Shown here: positions 35,247 to 43,597 of the stretch, piece after piece | How the letters are laid out: every line of letters starts with the position of its first letter | How positions within the stretch are numbered: the first letter of the stretch is position 1 | Assembly (NCBI RefSeq): GCF_003018255.1 | Contig: NZ_CP027440.1 | Direction: 5' to 3' (one strand) | Length of the DNA stretch: 64,000 nt | Source of the DNA: Escherichia coli | GTDB lineage: Bacteria; Pseudomonadota; Gammaproteobacteria; Enterobacterales; Enterobacteriaceae | The notes under the pieces: generated by a model | Told to the model about the DNA's origin: nothing | The model's database searches: none | What the model saw: only the letters and a program-made list of their open reading frames with translations | Program-made: the position numbers and the translations under genes

Positions 35247-36983
35247 TTAGTTTATCGCCGCGTTAGTCAGTGCGTCTGCAAGGTGCAGTTGGGTTTGTTG
35301 GGCGGTTTTTATACGAGTTTTAAGCTTATCGCATAGTTCATGAAGTAAACCTACTTGTGAAAATATTCTATATTGTTCAGTTAATGGTGGGCATGGGAAT
35401 GAATACAACATTACACTATTTGCTGATAGGTTGGGTTGTGCTGAGCCATTATCAAAGCGGTAAATCTGTGAGCGCCCAAATGGACTGGTTAAATAATTAT
35501 AAATATACCCTCCCATTTCTGTGATAAATGGTCTAATGATCATTAGTGATGAGGCAATAGCTCCTGTTTCATAGGGGGTTACAAAGGCAGTTTTACCAAA
35601 AGTTGCTCCTCGTAGGCAATAAACCAAATCACCTTTTTGAATTTTCCCACTTCTTAATTCATTAAATTTTCCTTCGGTTATAAAATTCATTTCTGTAACC
35701 GTAAGTGTACCATTTTTTTCTATATGTCCAGTATTGATCCAAGGAATACCTTGAGAAACATACTCATTTTTATTGGGATAATTACTTCCACGATCGCCAT
35801 TTATAAACTCTGATGTTAAACCAAATTTACACCACTCCCACCCTTCCGGCAGTTCAAACGGTTTTTCCTCATTGCTAATTGGCGGTAGTGGTTTTTGTTT
35901 TTTTATTTTCCCTTCTTTCACCAGTTGAGCTTTTTCCTGCGCAATTCGTTTGAGCAGTTCAGAGGCGGGTTCGTCATTCGGATCCTGCGGCACAAGTTTA
36001 CCCATTACGGCCAGTTGAAGAATGGTCTGTTTTAACGCATCCACGCTGGCTTCGGTGGTAAATAGGGTGTCGAAATGCTCGCTAATACGCGCCCAGTTTT
36101 CAGCCAGTTCCTCGGCGTTTTGGCTGTCTGTAAGCGTTCCCAACAGGGTTTCAACCAGTTGCTGATGTGCGTCCAGACTGGTCAGGGATTGCTGTTCCAG
36201 TTGGTCGCAGAGAACTGTAAGTTCTCTGATTTTTCTGACAATTTGTTGTTGTTCATTTATAGGCGGTAAAGCGATTATCTGTTGTTCCATTTTTTCTTTA
36301 GTCATATGGAGCATTGCAATACCGTTACCTTGCGATTTTATTTTATCTGTAATGGATAAAAGAAAATCATGTATAAAATATTTGTTTGAGTACTCTTCTG
36401 CAAATAAATTTAATTTCCATATATGGTAGTGATAAATTACTTTTTCTCCTGTCCAAATGAATGGCCCAAAAGATGCGGACCAAGCGTATATTAAATCACC
36501 ATTATTTATATATTTGTTTTCGTCTAATTGGAGGTCAGAGTAATACCACTCATTTGATGTGAATAGATTACCAACACGCAGCAAAGGAGTGCCTGTTTGA
36601 AGCATTTCATGTTTTTTATATGCTCGACCGTTAATAACCTCCATGAGATCTGCAACCCGCACCCACTCCCATCCCTCCGGCAATTCAAACGGCTTCTCTT
36701 CCTCGCTAATTCCTGGCAGTGGTTTTTGCTTTTTAATTTTACCTTGCTTCACCAGCTCTGCTTTTTCCGCAGCAATACGCTTCAGCAGCTCCGACGCCGG
36801 TTCATCATTCGGATCCTGCGGCACCAGTTTACCGCGCACCGCCAGTTCCAGAATCAGCTCACGCAATTTCTTAATGCCATACAAATCAATTTTACCGGAA
36901 CTGCCGCGCCCGGCGGTGGAACGGGTTTGCAACGCCGAGGTCCAGGTTTCCATATGATCAACGATCAGCTTTTCCACACTCAT
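35247..36983 (-). CDS. hsdS: Type I restriction-modification specificity subunit HsdS (non-EcoKI allele; family-IB-like domain order)
   Basis: 578-aa ORF with two variable target-recognition regions. A conserved segment occurs twice, at the N-terminus and in the centre (GKLVPQDPNDEPASELLKRIA.EKA.LVK.GKIKKQKPLP.IS.EEKPFELPEGWEW). Its ATG overlaps the hsdM stop (ATGA). Confidence 0.88.
   Translation of the reverse strand: MSVEKLIVDHMETWTSALQTRSTAGRGSSGKIDLYGIKKLRELILELAVRGKLVPQDPNDEPASELLKRIAAEKAELVKQGKIKKQKPLPGISEEEKPFELPEGWEWVRVADLMEVINGRAYKKHEMLQTGTPLLRVGNLFTSNEWYYSDLQLDENKYINNGDLIYAWSASFGPFIWTGEKVIYHYHIWKLNLFAEEYSNKYFIHDFLLSITDKIKSQGNGIAMLHMTKEKMEQQIIALPPINEQQQIVRKIRELTVLCDQLEQQSLTSLDAHQQLVETLLGTLTDSQNAEELAENWARISEHFDTLFTTEASVDALKQTILQLAVMGKLVPQDPNDEPASELLKRIAQEKAQLVKEGKIKKQKPLPPISNEEKPFELPEGWEWCKFGLTSEFINGDRGSNYPNKNEYVSQGIPWINTGHIEKNGTLTVTEMNFITEGKFNELRSGKIQKGDLVYCLRGATFGKTAFVTPYETGAIASSLMIIRPFITEMGGYIYNYLTSPFGRSQIYRFDNGSAQPNLSANSVMLYSFPCPPLTEQYRIFSQVGLLHELCDKLKTRIKTAQQTQLHLADALTNAAIN
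35832..36020. repeat. Internal direct repeat of hsdS, copy 2 (central conserved region)
   Basis: About 190 bp of high DNA identity to 36663-36852, including the shared core TCATTCGGATCCTGCGGCAC. Confidence 0.8.
36663..36852. repeat. Internal direct repeat of hsdS, copy 1 (N-terminal conserved region)
   Basis: Direct repeat partner of 35832-36020. Confidence 0.8.
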
Positions 36984-38452
36984 CAGTTAACCTCCTTGCC
37001 AGACAGCGCAGCGCCAAGAATATCGCGCAGTTGATTACGCAGCGTCTGGATCTCCGCCTGCTGTTTTGCATACTGCGCTAACAGTTCGTCCGGGTCATGG
37101 CTGACGGTTTCCGCCTGATGTGGGTTTTTAATATCCAGATTGAAGTTACGCGCAATCACGTCATCAATGCTGACTTTCCACGCTTGCTCATTCTCGATGC
37201 GGCTGGCAAAACCATCGGCCTCGTTACCCCACCAGTCAATCTCCGCCTGAAACTCTTCGAACTTCATCGGCTTGGTTTTACTGTAATTTTTCACGCCCGC
37301 CGGATACGGATGCTCATAGAACCAAATCTCTTTGGTTGGCTGACCTTTGGTAAAAAACAACAGGTTGGTTTTAATGCCGGTATAGGGGTTAAACACACCA
37401 TTCGGTAAACGCACGATGGTATGCAGATTGCACTCTTCGGTAAGCAGCTTTTTGATTTTGGTTTTAACGCCTTCGCCAAATAGCGTGCCATCCGGCAATA
37501 CCACCGCCGCGCGACCGTTTTTCGCCAGTACTTCCACAATCAGTTGCAGAAACAGATCCGCTGTTTCGCGGGTTTGCATCTCTGCCGGAAAGTTCTTCTC
37601 AATACCGTCTTCTTCCGTGCCACCAAACGGCGGGTTGGTAACAATGACATCCAGTTGCTCATCCCAGGAGGAAAGCGGTTTGTTCAGGGTGTTGTCGTGA
37701 CGAATTTGTACAGGCACTTCAATGCCGTGCAGCAGCATATTGGTGGTCGCCAGCAGGTGCGGAAGCTGTTTTTTCTCGACACCGTGGATCTGTTGTTGCA
37801 GCGTCTGATGATCGGCGACGCTCTTCACGTATTTGTTCTTTACATGATCGAACGCGCAGGCAAGAAAACCGCCCGTACCGCAGGCCGGGTCCATAATGGA
37901 TTCGCCGAGTTTCGGATCAACGCGATCCACCATAAAGCGAGTGACGGCGCGTGGCGTATAGAATTCGCCAGCATTGCCCGCAGATTGCAGATCTTTAAGG
38001 ATCTGTTCGTAAATATCACCAAACAGATGGCGTTCGCTGGCGCTGGTAAAGTCAATTTCGTTCAGCTTGTTGATCACCTGGCGCAGTAGCGTACCGTTTT
38101 TCATATAGTTATAGGCATCGCTGAACGCCTGCTTCACCACGTAGCCGCGTGGGTTTTTATCGATAGGCGCAGTGAGGTTTTTCAACGCCGGGAACAGATC
38201 ATCATTAACGAATTCCAGCAGGGAATCACCGGTAATGCCCTGAGCGTTTGCGGCCCAACTGCGCCATAAATAACGCTGTGGGATCGGATATTGATAGTTA
38301 TCCTGCTCCAGTTCCAGCGCCTCTTCCTGGGCATCGAAGATTTTCAAAAACAGCAGCCAGGAGAGCTGACCGAGACGCTGCGCATCGCCATCCACACCGG
38401 CATCTTTGCGCATAATATCTTGTAATGATTTGATTACTGAACTGATAGACAT
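36983..38452 (-). CDS. hsdM: Type I restriction-modification N6-adenine DNA methyltransferase HsdM (non-EcoKI allele)
   Basis: SAM-binding motif I (DPACGTGGFL) and catalytic motif IV (VVTNPPFGG). Start trimmed to MSISSVIKSL (489 aa). Confidence 0.88.
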   Translation of the reverse strand: MSISSVIKSLQDIMRKDAGVDGDAQRLGQLSWLLFLKIFDAQEEALELEQDNYQYPIPQRYLWRSWAANAQGITGDSLLEFVNDDLFPALKNLTAPIDKNPRGYVVKQAFSDAYNYMKNGTLLRQVINKLNEIDFTSASERHLFGDIYEQILKDLQSAGNAGEFYTPRAVTRFMVDRVDPKLGESIMDPACGTGGFLACAFDHVKNKYVKSVADHQTLQQQIHGVEKKQLPHLLATTNMLLHGIEVPVQIRHDNTLNKPLSSWDEQLDVIVTNPPFGGTEEDGIEKNFPAEMQTRETADLFLQLIVEVLAKNGRAAVVLPDGTLFGEGVKTKIKKLLTEECNLHTIVRLPNGVFNPYTGIKTNLLFFTKGQPTKEIWFYEHPYPAGVKNYSKTKPMKFEEFQAEIDWWGNEADGFASRIENEQAWKVSIDDVIARNFNLDIKNPHQAETVSHDPDELLAQYAKQQAEIQTLRNQLRDILGAALSGKEVN

Positions 38453-38518
38453 GTTGTATTCCATGAAAAACAAGGCCTTCTGCAACATGATGGTTGCAGA
38501 AGGCGCAAAAGAGAGTTG

Positions 38519-40951
38519 TTAAGCAGAGCGGGGCGGTAATTGGTAGATTTCGTTTTCCAGCTCGCTGAGCGCCTGATTATACCCGTTACGGTCGCCAAAT
38601 CCGGTTTTAATAATCTCCGGTAAGGTGCCCATGCTGTCGAATGGTTTAAGTTTCAGCACCTGAATACTTTCGATCTCCTGTACGCCCGCATCGGCGTATT
38701 TATCCAGCAGATTATCGAGCACGGCTTGCGCTGCTTCAGAGTATTTTGTGAAGTAGTTCCGCTTGCGCACGTTCTCGGCGCGCTCTTTGCGGGTTAACGG
38801 CGGCTGACCATACACTACGTGGCAAAGCATGTCGAACGGGTCGAGATCTTTACCGACTTCTTCTGCCAGTACTTCCCAGATGATCCCCTGTTGTTCCAGC
38901 TCGTGAATGATCGCTTCTTTGCGATCGGCGTCCTGCCACTTGCGGGTAAAGTCATCCAGCGAGGCATATTCTTTGAGCAGTGTTTTGCGGGTGTAATCTT
39001 TAAAAGATTCGGTAACCAGTTTACCGTCGGCATCGTAATACTGAACACGCTGCGCAATAACGCCCACCGCTACACCGTTGACGTGAAACTTGCGGATTTT
39101 CTTCTCGTCTTCTTCCGGAAGTGGGCCGACATCATCGGTATCGGTAACCTGGTATGGTGGCGCAGGCGGTTCATCAACGCCTGTTACCTGTTCGTCGTCA
39201 TGTTCGCTGATTTCTTCGAGTTTCTCTTCAAAATCAGATTCTGGATCGGCGATATCCTCTGATGTGGTATCCATGACTTTTTCGGGAATGCCATCGAAAC
39301 GCTCATCGGCAAACAGTTCGGTGGCTTTTTTAAAGTCGAGGATGGTAAACCAGAGTTTGCCGTAACGTTCGTCGATGCGTGTACCACGACCGATAATTTG
39401 CTTGAATTTGGTCATCGACTGGATGTTCTGGTCCAGTACTACCAGTTTGCAGGTTTTAGCATCCACACCAGTGGTCATCAGCTCTGAAGTGGTCGCGATA
39501 ACCGGGTACGCTTTTTTCGGGTTGATGAAGTTATCCAACTGAGCTTTGCCAATTTCATCATCGCCGGTGATTTTCATGACGTATTTGTCGTTCTTTTTCA
39601 CCTGCTCCGGGTTGAGATTCACCAGGGCGCGGCGCATACGTTCTGCATGATCGATGTCGTTACAGAAGACGATGGTTTTATCCATCGGGTTGGTGCGCTT
39701 GAGGTAGTCGGTAATGGTTCTGGCAACCAGTTCTGTCCGTTCGTCGATTACCATCGTGCGATCGAAATCTTTCTGGTTATAGATACGATCGTCGATCACT
39801 TCGCCGTTTAAGTCAGTTTGCCCTTTGGTTGGGCGCCAGCCTTGCAGATCAACATCAATATCAACACGGACAACTTTATAAGGGGCGAGGAAGCCGTCTT
39901 CGATCCCTTCTTTTAGCGAGTAGACGTAAACCGGATCGCCGAAGTAATCCGTGCTGGAGACTTCATGCGTCTCTTTTGGCGTGGCGGTTAAGCCAATTTG
40001 GGTGGCGGAACTGAAATAATCAAGGATCTCTCGCCAGGCGCTGTCTTCGGATGCGCTGCCGCGATGGCATTCGTCGATCACGATCAGATCGAAGAAATCT
40101 GGTGCGACTTGTTTAAACGCTTTTTGGTCTTCCTCCGGGCCAGTTATAGCCTGATAGAGCGCGAGGTGAATTTCATAAGCGGGATCAATGGTGCGTCCGC
40201 TGACTTTGGTCATTGCCGTACCAAATGGCTGGAAATCATTATTTTTGGTTTGGTCGACCAGAATGTTGCGATCGGCAAGGAACAAAATGCGTTTTTTATT
40301 TTTTGATTTCCACAGGCGCCAGATGATCTGGAATGCGGTATAGGTTTTCCCTGTTCCGGTCGCCATGACCAGCAGAACGCGGTTTTGCCCGTTGGAGACG
40401 GCTTCAATGGTTTTGTTGATTGCCTGAAGCTGGTAATAACGAGGCGATTTGCCGCTGCCATCGTCGTAATAGTCCTGAGTAATCACCGGAAGCTGAGCTT
40501 GTGTGTATCCTTTCCAGAGGCAGAATTTTTGCCAGAGTTCAGCGGGGGAGGGGAAGTCATCCAGCGTTATTTGCTTTTCAAGGCATTCACCTTCAGCTGC
40601 GGTGGCATCGCGGAAGATAAAGCCATCACCGTTGGTGGCAAAAACAAAAGGAACGTCCAGCAGGCGCGCATATTCAATGCCCTGTTGCATCCCTTTGCCA
40701 ATTTCATGTTTGTTGGCTTTTGCTTCAATCACGGCTAAGGGAATGCCTGGTTTGTGATACAGCACGATGTCAGCAGATTTTACCGTTCTGCGTGCCGCAA
40801 CTTTACCACGTACGATGACTTTACCGTTCCGGAGTTTGACCTCCTGTCTGATTTGCGTTGTGTTGTCCCAGCCTGCATTGAGAATGGCTGGCATAACGCA
40901 TTTGGTAATGATGTCTGCTTCCGTCAGGTTACTTAGGTTCAGTTCCGCCAT
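38519..40951 (-). CDS. hsdR: Type I restriction-modification endonuclease/translocase HsdR (810 aa, non-EcoKI; family-IB-like)
   Basis: N-terminal PD-(D/E)XK nuclease region ([19 protein letters not shown]), SF2 helicase Walker A (MATGTGKT) and motif II (DECHR). Much shorter than the roughly 1170-aa EcoKI HsdR. Confidence 0.88.
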   Translation of the reverse strand: MAELNLSNLTEADIITKCVMPAILNAGWDNTTQIRQEVKLRNGKVIVRGKVAARRTVKSADIVLYHKPGIPLAVIEAKANKHEIGKGMQQGIEYARLLDVPFVFATNGDGFIFRDATAAEGECLEKQITLDDFPSPAELWQKFCLWKGYTQAQLPVITQDYYDDGSGKSPRYYQLQAINKTIEAVSNGQNRVLLVMATGTGKTYTAFQIIWRLWKSKNKKRILFLADRNILVDQTKNNDFQPFGTAMTKVSGRTIDPAYEIHLALYQAITGPEEDQKAFKQVAPDFFDLIVIDECHRGSASEDSAWREILDYFSSATQIGLTATPKETHEVSSTDYFGDPVYVYSLKEGIEDGFLAPYKVVRVDIDVDLQGWRPTKGQTDLNGEVIDDRIYNQKDFDRTMVIDERTELVARTITDYLKRTNPMDKTIVFCNDIDHAERMRRALVNLNPEQVKKNDKYVMKITGDDEIGKAQLDNFINPKKAYPVIATTSELMTTGVDAKTCKLVVLDQNIQSMTKFKQIIGRGTRIDERYGKLWFTILDFKKATELFADERFDGIPEKVMDTTSEDIADPESDFEEKLEEISEHDDEQVTGVDEPPAPPYQVTDTDDVGPLPEEDEKKIRKFHVNGVAVGVIAQRVQYYDADGKLVTESFKDYTRKTLLKEYASLDDFTRKWQDADRKEAIIHELEQQGIIWEVLAEEVGKDLDPFDMLCHVVYGQPPLTRKERAENVRKRNYFTKYSEAAQAVLDNLLDKYADAGVQEIESIQVLKLKPFDSMGTLPEIIKTGFGDRNGYNQALSELENEIYQLPPRSA

Positions 40952-41091
40952 GGGGTGTTCTCATCTAAATGCGATGCGTAAATTCTACACAGAAAAATAG
41001 ATGAATTCATCTGTTCAAAGAGTATTATCAGCGTTAAGTCACTGTTTTAAAGGTATTCTTGAGTTTCATCAATAGCTGGATAAGGATTCAT

Positions 41092-42060
41092 ATGGAGAAT
41101 GTTCGGTTCTTGCAAGGAGTGAAACAATATTTTTGTACTAAGGCATTAGATGTCATTCTGCTAATTTATCTACTCCTTGGTTTTATACTTCTCCCTTATA
41201 AATATCTGTGGAAAGATATTATTTTATCTCTGTACTTTGTTGGTATTCTTCTTTATGCATTAGTGGAAGAAAATCGCATTGCAGAATATATGGGGTATTT
41301 TGTTAAGTTCAGTAATAAAAACAGGTTGAATAGTTGTGCTGCCTGGTGTTCACTTATTGCATGGTTTATATTTTTGTTTTTTGTGCTTTCAATTAATATT
41401 TTTCCAGTCAGTGCCTCTGTATATATTTTTAGTGCTTTTTCATTATTTGTTTTTCTGGGGGGTATTTTTATTATATTAGAGTTAGAGTTTAAAGAAAATA
41501 AAAAATTAATGATTATTAGGTCTGTGACTATAGCAGTCATGCCAATTATATATTTATTCACAAGTAGTTATGCTTCCAGTTTATTTTTAAGTTTGAGTAA
41601 TCTAAACATTACGCTAACTCCATGGGTTGAGTATTTCTGGAAAGGGATGGTTTTTATGTTGCTTTTCTTCATGTTAATGCAACTTATTATCTATTTTGCT
41701 TTTTTAACTCTGGGGACTAAATTAAGTGTGTATAGGTTGTTTATACTTGCCGGAGCATTTGTAGTATCTACTTTTTTAGTGGCTTTTGCTTTAAAAAATG
41801 TAGAAGGTATTTCGTACTACGTTTTAAAAAGCACCATAGATTTTGAATGGCGTAATCAGATTAAATGTGGCCAGTTGAATATTTCACGTTCGAATGAAAA
41901 GTATTTTGGGTTTAATACTGATAAATATACTGTATTTTATTCCGGCAGAGATGGTAAATGGGGCTTTGATGAGTTGAAATGTAAGAAAGGTTCTGACAGG
42001 AGAGATGCATATTCTATTGAGAATGTCTCAGAATATAACGTGCCTGGATGGCTGAAATAA
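41092..42060 (+). CDS. Hypothetical multi-pass membrane protein with C-terminal soluble domain, strongly AT-rich (foreign composition); occupies the position of mrr in K-12
   Basis: ORF-track frame 41059-42060 (TTG start); trimmed to ATG at 41092, preceded by AAGGA. At least six hydrophobic helices (e.g. ILLIYLLLGFILLP, IAWFIFLFFVLSINIF, MVFMLLFFMLMQLIIYFAFLTL), then a charged C-terminal tail of about 80 aa. I recognise no catalytic motif. Confidence 0.6.
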   Translation: MENVRFLQGVKQYFCTKALDVILLIYLLLGFILLPYKYLWKDIILSLYFVGILLYALVEENRIAEYMGYFVKFSNKNRLNSCAAWCSLIAWFIFLFFVLSINIFPVSASVYIFSAFSLFVFLGGIFIILELEFKENKKLMIIRSVTIAVMPIIYLFTSSYASSLFLSLSNLNITLTPWVEYFWKGMVFMLLFFMLMQLIIYFAFLTLGTKLSVYRLFILAGAFVVSTFLVAFALKNVEGISYYVLKSTIDFEWRNQIKCGQLNISRSNEKYFGFNTDKYTVFYSGRDGKWGFDELKCKKGSDRRDAYSIENVSEYNVPGWLK

Positions 42061-42377
42061 GTCATCTTTATAAATTATATAGTAAAGGTTCTGGTCATAA
42101 ACGAGCATAGTTAAACATAAACGGGGCATACTCCACACACTTGATGTGCAGCAAGAAGTTGAACTCATGGCTTTGGTTAATAAATCTGACGAAGATATTG
42201 ATTACAGCGACATTCCTGCGTCTGGTAGCGAAGCATGGGCTGACGCCACACGCGGCAATTTTTTGCCAGATCCAGGTATTCACGCGCAATAAAACTTAGC
42301 GGAGGGGAGCACGTCGTTCTGTTTCCCCCTCACTGCTAAGTGGGGCATTGGGTTGCTTTACACTCAACCTTTTACGA

Positions 42378-43334
42378 TTATTTCCTCAACCCCGCAAACG
42401 CCGCCCGAATCTTATCCTCCGGCAGCTGAATCCCGATAAACACCATTGTGCTATGCGGTGTTTCATCGCCCCACGGGCGGTCCCAGTCGGCGCTGTAGAG
42501 GCGTTGGACGCCCTGGAACAGCAGGCGGCTAGGTTCGCCGTCAATCCACAGCATCCCTTTGTAACGCAGTAGTTTATCCGCCGATTCCAGCAGCAGGTTT
42601 TCCATCACGCGGGAAACTTCGCTGATATCTACCGGGTAATCCAGTTCCACCACAATCGACGAAATATCGTTTTGTTTATCCGCGATAAAGTGGAAACGCG
42701 GTTTGGTGCTGACGACGTTTTCTTCCAGCATAAAACCGTTGGTGTTGAACAACAGGCCCAGGTCGATGTCACCGTGGGTGACGGTGTAGACCGGTGCGCG
42801 GGCGTTGATGCGCGCCAGGCGTTCACGCAGTTTCTCTACTTCGCCTGCGACGTCGGTTTTAGTCAGCAGAATACGGTCAGCGTAGCCCACCTGGGACTGG
42901 GCGATGGTGAACTGGTTCATCTGCTCATCGGCATGTACCGCATCCACCAGCGCAATCACGCCATCCAGCAGGTAACGCTGGCATAAAATCTCATGGGAGA
43001 AAAAGGTCTGAATAATCGGGCCGGGATCGGCCATGCCGGTGCATTCAATGACCAGACGGTCGAACTGAATATTGCCCTTGTCGAGATTGTCCAGCAGGTC
43101 GAGTAGCGCGTCCTCCAGCTCGTTGGAGCGCGAACAGCAGATGCAGCCGTTGGTCAGCGTTTTGATCTGCGTGGCGCGGTCGCCAATCAGTTGATCATCA
43201 ACGGAGACTTCGCCGAATTCGTTTTCAATCACGGCAATTTTGTAGCCGTGCTGTTCATTAAGAATATGGCGCAGCAGGGTGGTTTTGCCCGCGCCTAAAA
43301 AACCGGTGAGTAGGGTAACTGCAATCGGGTTCAT
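42378..43334 (-). CDS. yjiA: CobW/HypB-family (COG0523) metal-binding GTPase YjiA
   Basis: Start trimmed to MNPIAVTLLTGFLGAGKTTLL (P-loop) with the CxCC motif (GCICCS); 318 aa. Confidence 0.92.
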   Translation of the reverse strand: MNPIAVTLLTGFLGAGKTTLLRHILNEQHGYKIAVIENEFGEVSVDDQLIGDRATQIKTLTNGCICCSRSNELEDALLDLLDNLDKGNIQFDRLVIECTGMADPGPIIQTFFSHEILCQRYLLDGVIALVDAVHADEQMNQFTIAQSQVGYADRILLTKTDVAGEVEKLRERLARINARAPVYTVTHGDIDLGLLFNTNGFMLEENVVSTKPRFHFIADKQNDISSIVVELDYPVDISEVSRVMENLLLESADKLLRYKGMLWIDGEPSRLLFQGVQRLYSADWDRPWGDETPHSTMVFIGIQLPEDKIRAAFAGLRK

Positions 43335-43344
43335 GCTCTCTCCA

Positions 43345-43548
43345 TTAACAACAGCGCATACCGCCTTTACCATCGCCGCCGTAGCGCGCGTTCTGGCGTT
43401 CGCGGAAGAATTCTTCATAGCTCATGTACGGCTTGTCGGGATGGTTGGTCTTCATATGCTCGACGTAGTTGTCGTAGTCTGGAATGCCAATCAACATCTT
43501 CGCCGCCTGGCCGAGATATTTTTTTGCCTGTCCTAAGTTACCAAACAT
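43345..43548 (-). CDS. yjiX: DUF466 small protein YjiX
   Basis: 67-aa [61 protein letters not shown]...; downstream partner of btsT/yjiY. Confidence 0.88.
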
Positions 43549-43560
43549 AGTTCACTCTGA

Positions 43561-43588
43561 TAAGAACAAAGCCCCGCCGAAGCGGGGC
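43561..43588 (-). terminator. Hairpin with U-rich tail between btsT and yjiX (terminator or attenuator)
   Basis: GCCCCGC-CGAA-GCGGGGC stem-loop; on the minus strand it is followed by TTTGTTCTTA. Confidence 0.5.
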
Positions 43589-43597
43589 TAAACACGG

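Noticed and set aside
36983-38488. Longer HsdM form starting at MLQKALFF (501 aa)
   Set aside because: The upstream in-frame Met codons have no Shine-Dalgarno sequence, and the extension would leave only about 30 bp between hsdR and hsdM. The ATG giving MSISSVIKSL is the more plausible start. The call is therefore uncertain by 12 codons rather than rejected outright.
38519-40951. Calling this the EcoKI hsdR (as in K-12)
   Set aside because: Length (810 aa versus roughly 1170 aa in K-12) and the partner HsdM/HsdS sequences do not match what I recall for the EcoKI enzyme. Annotated instead as a different, IB-like type I family.
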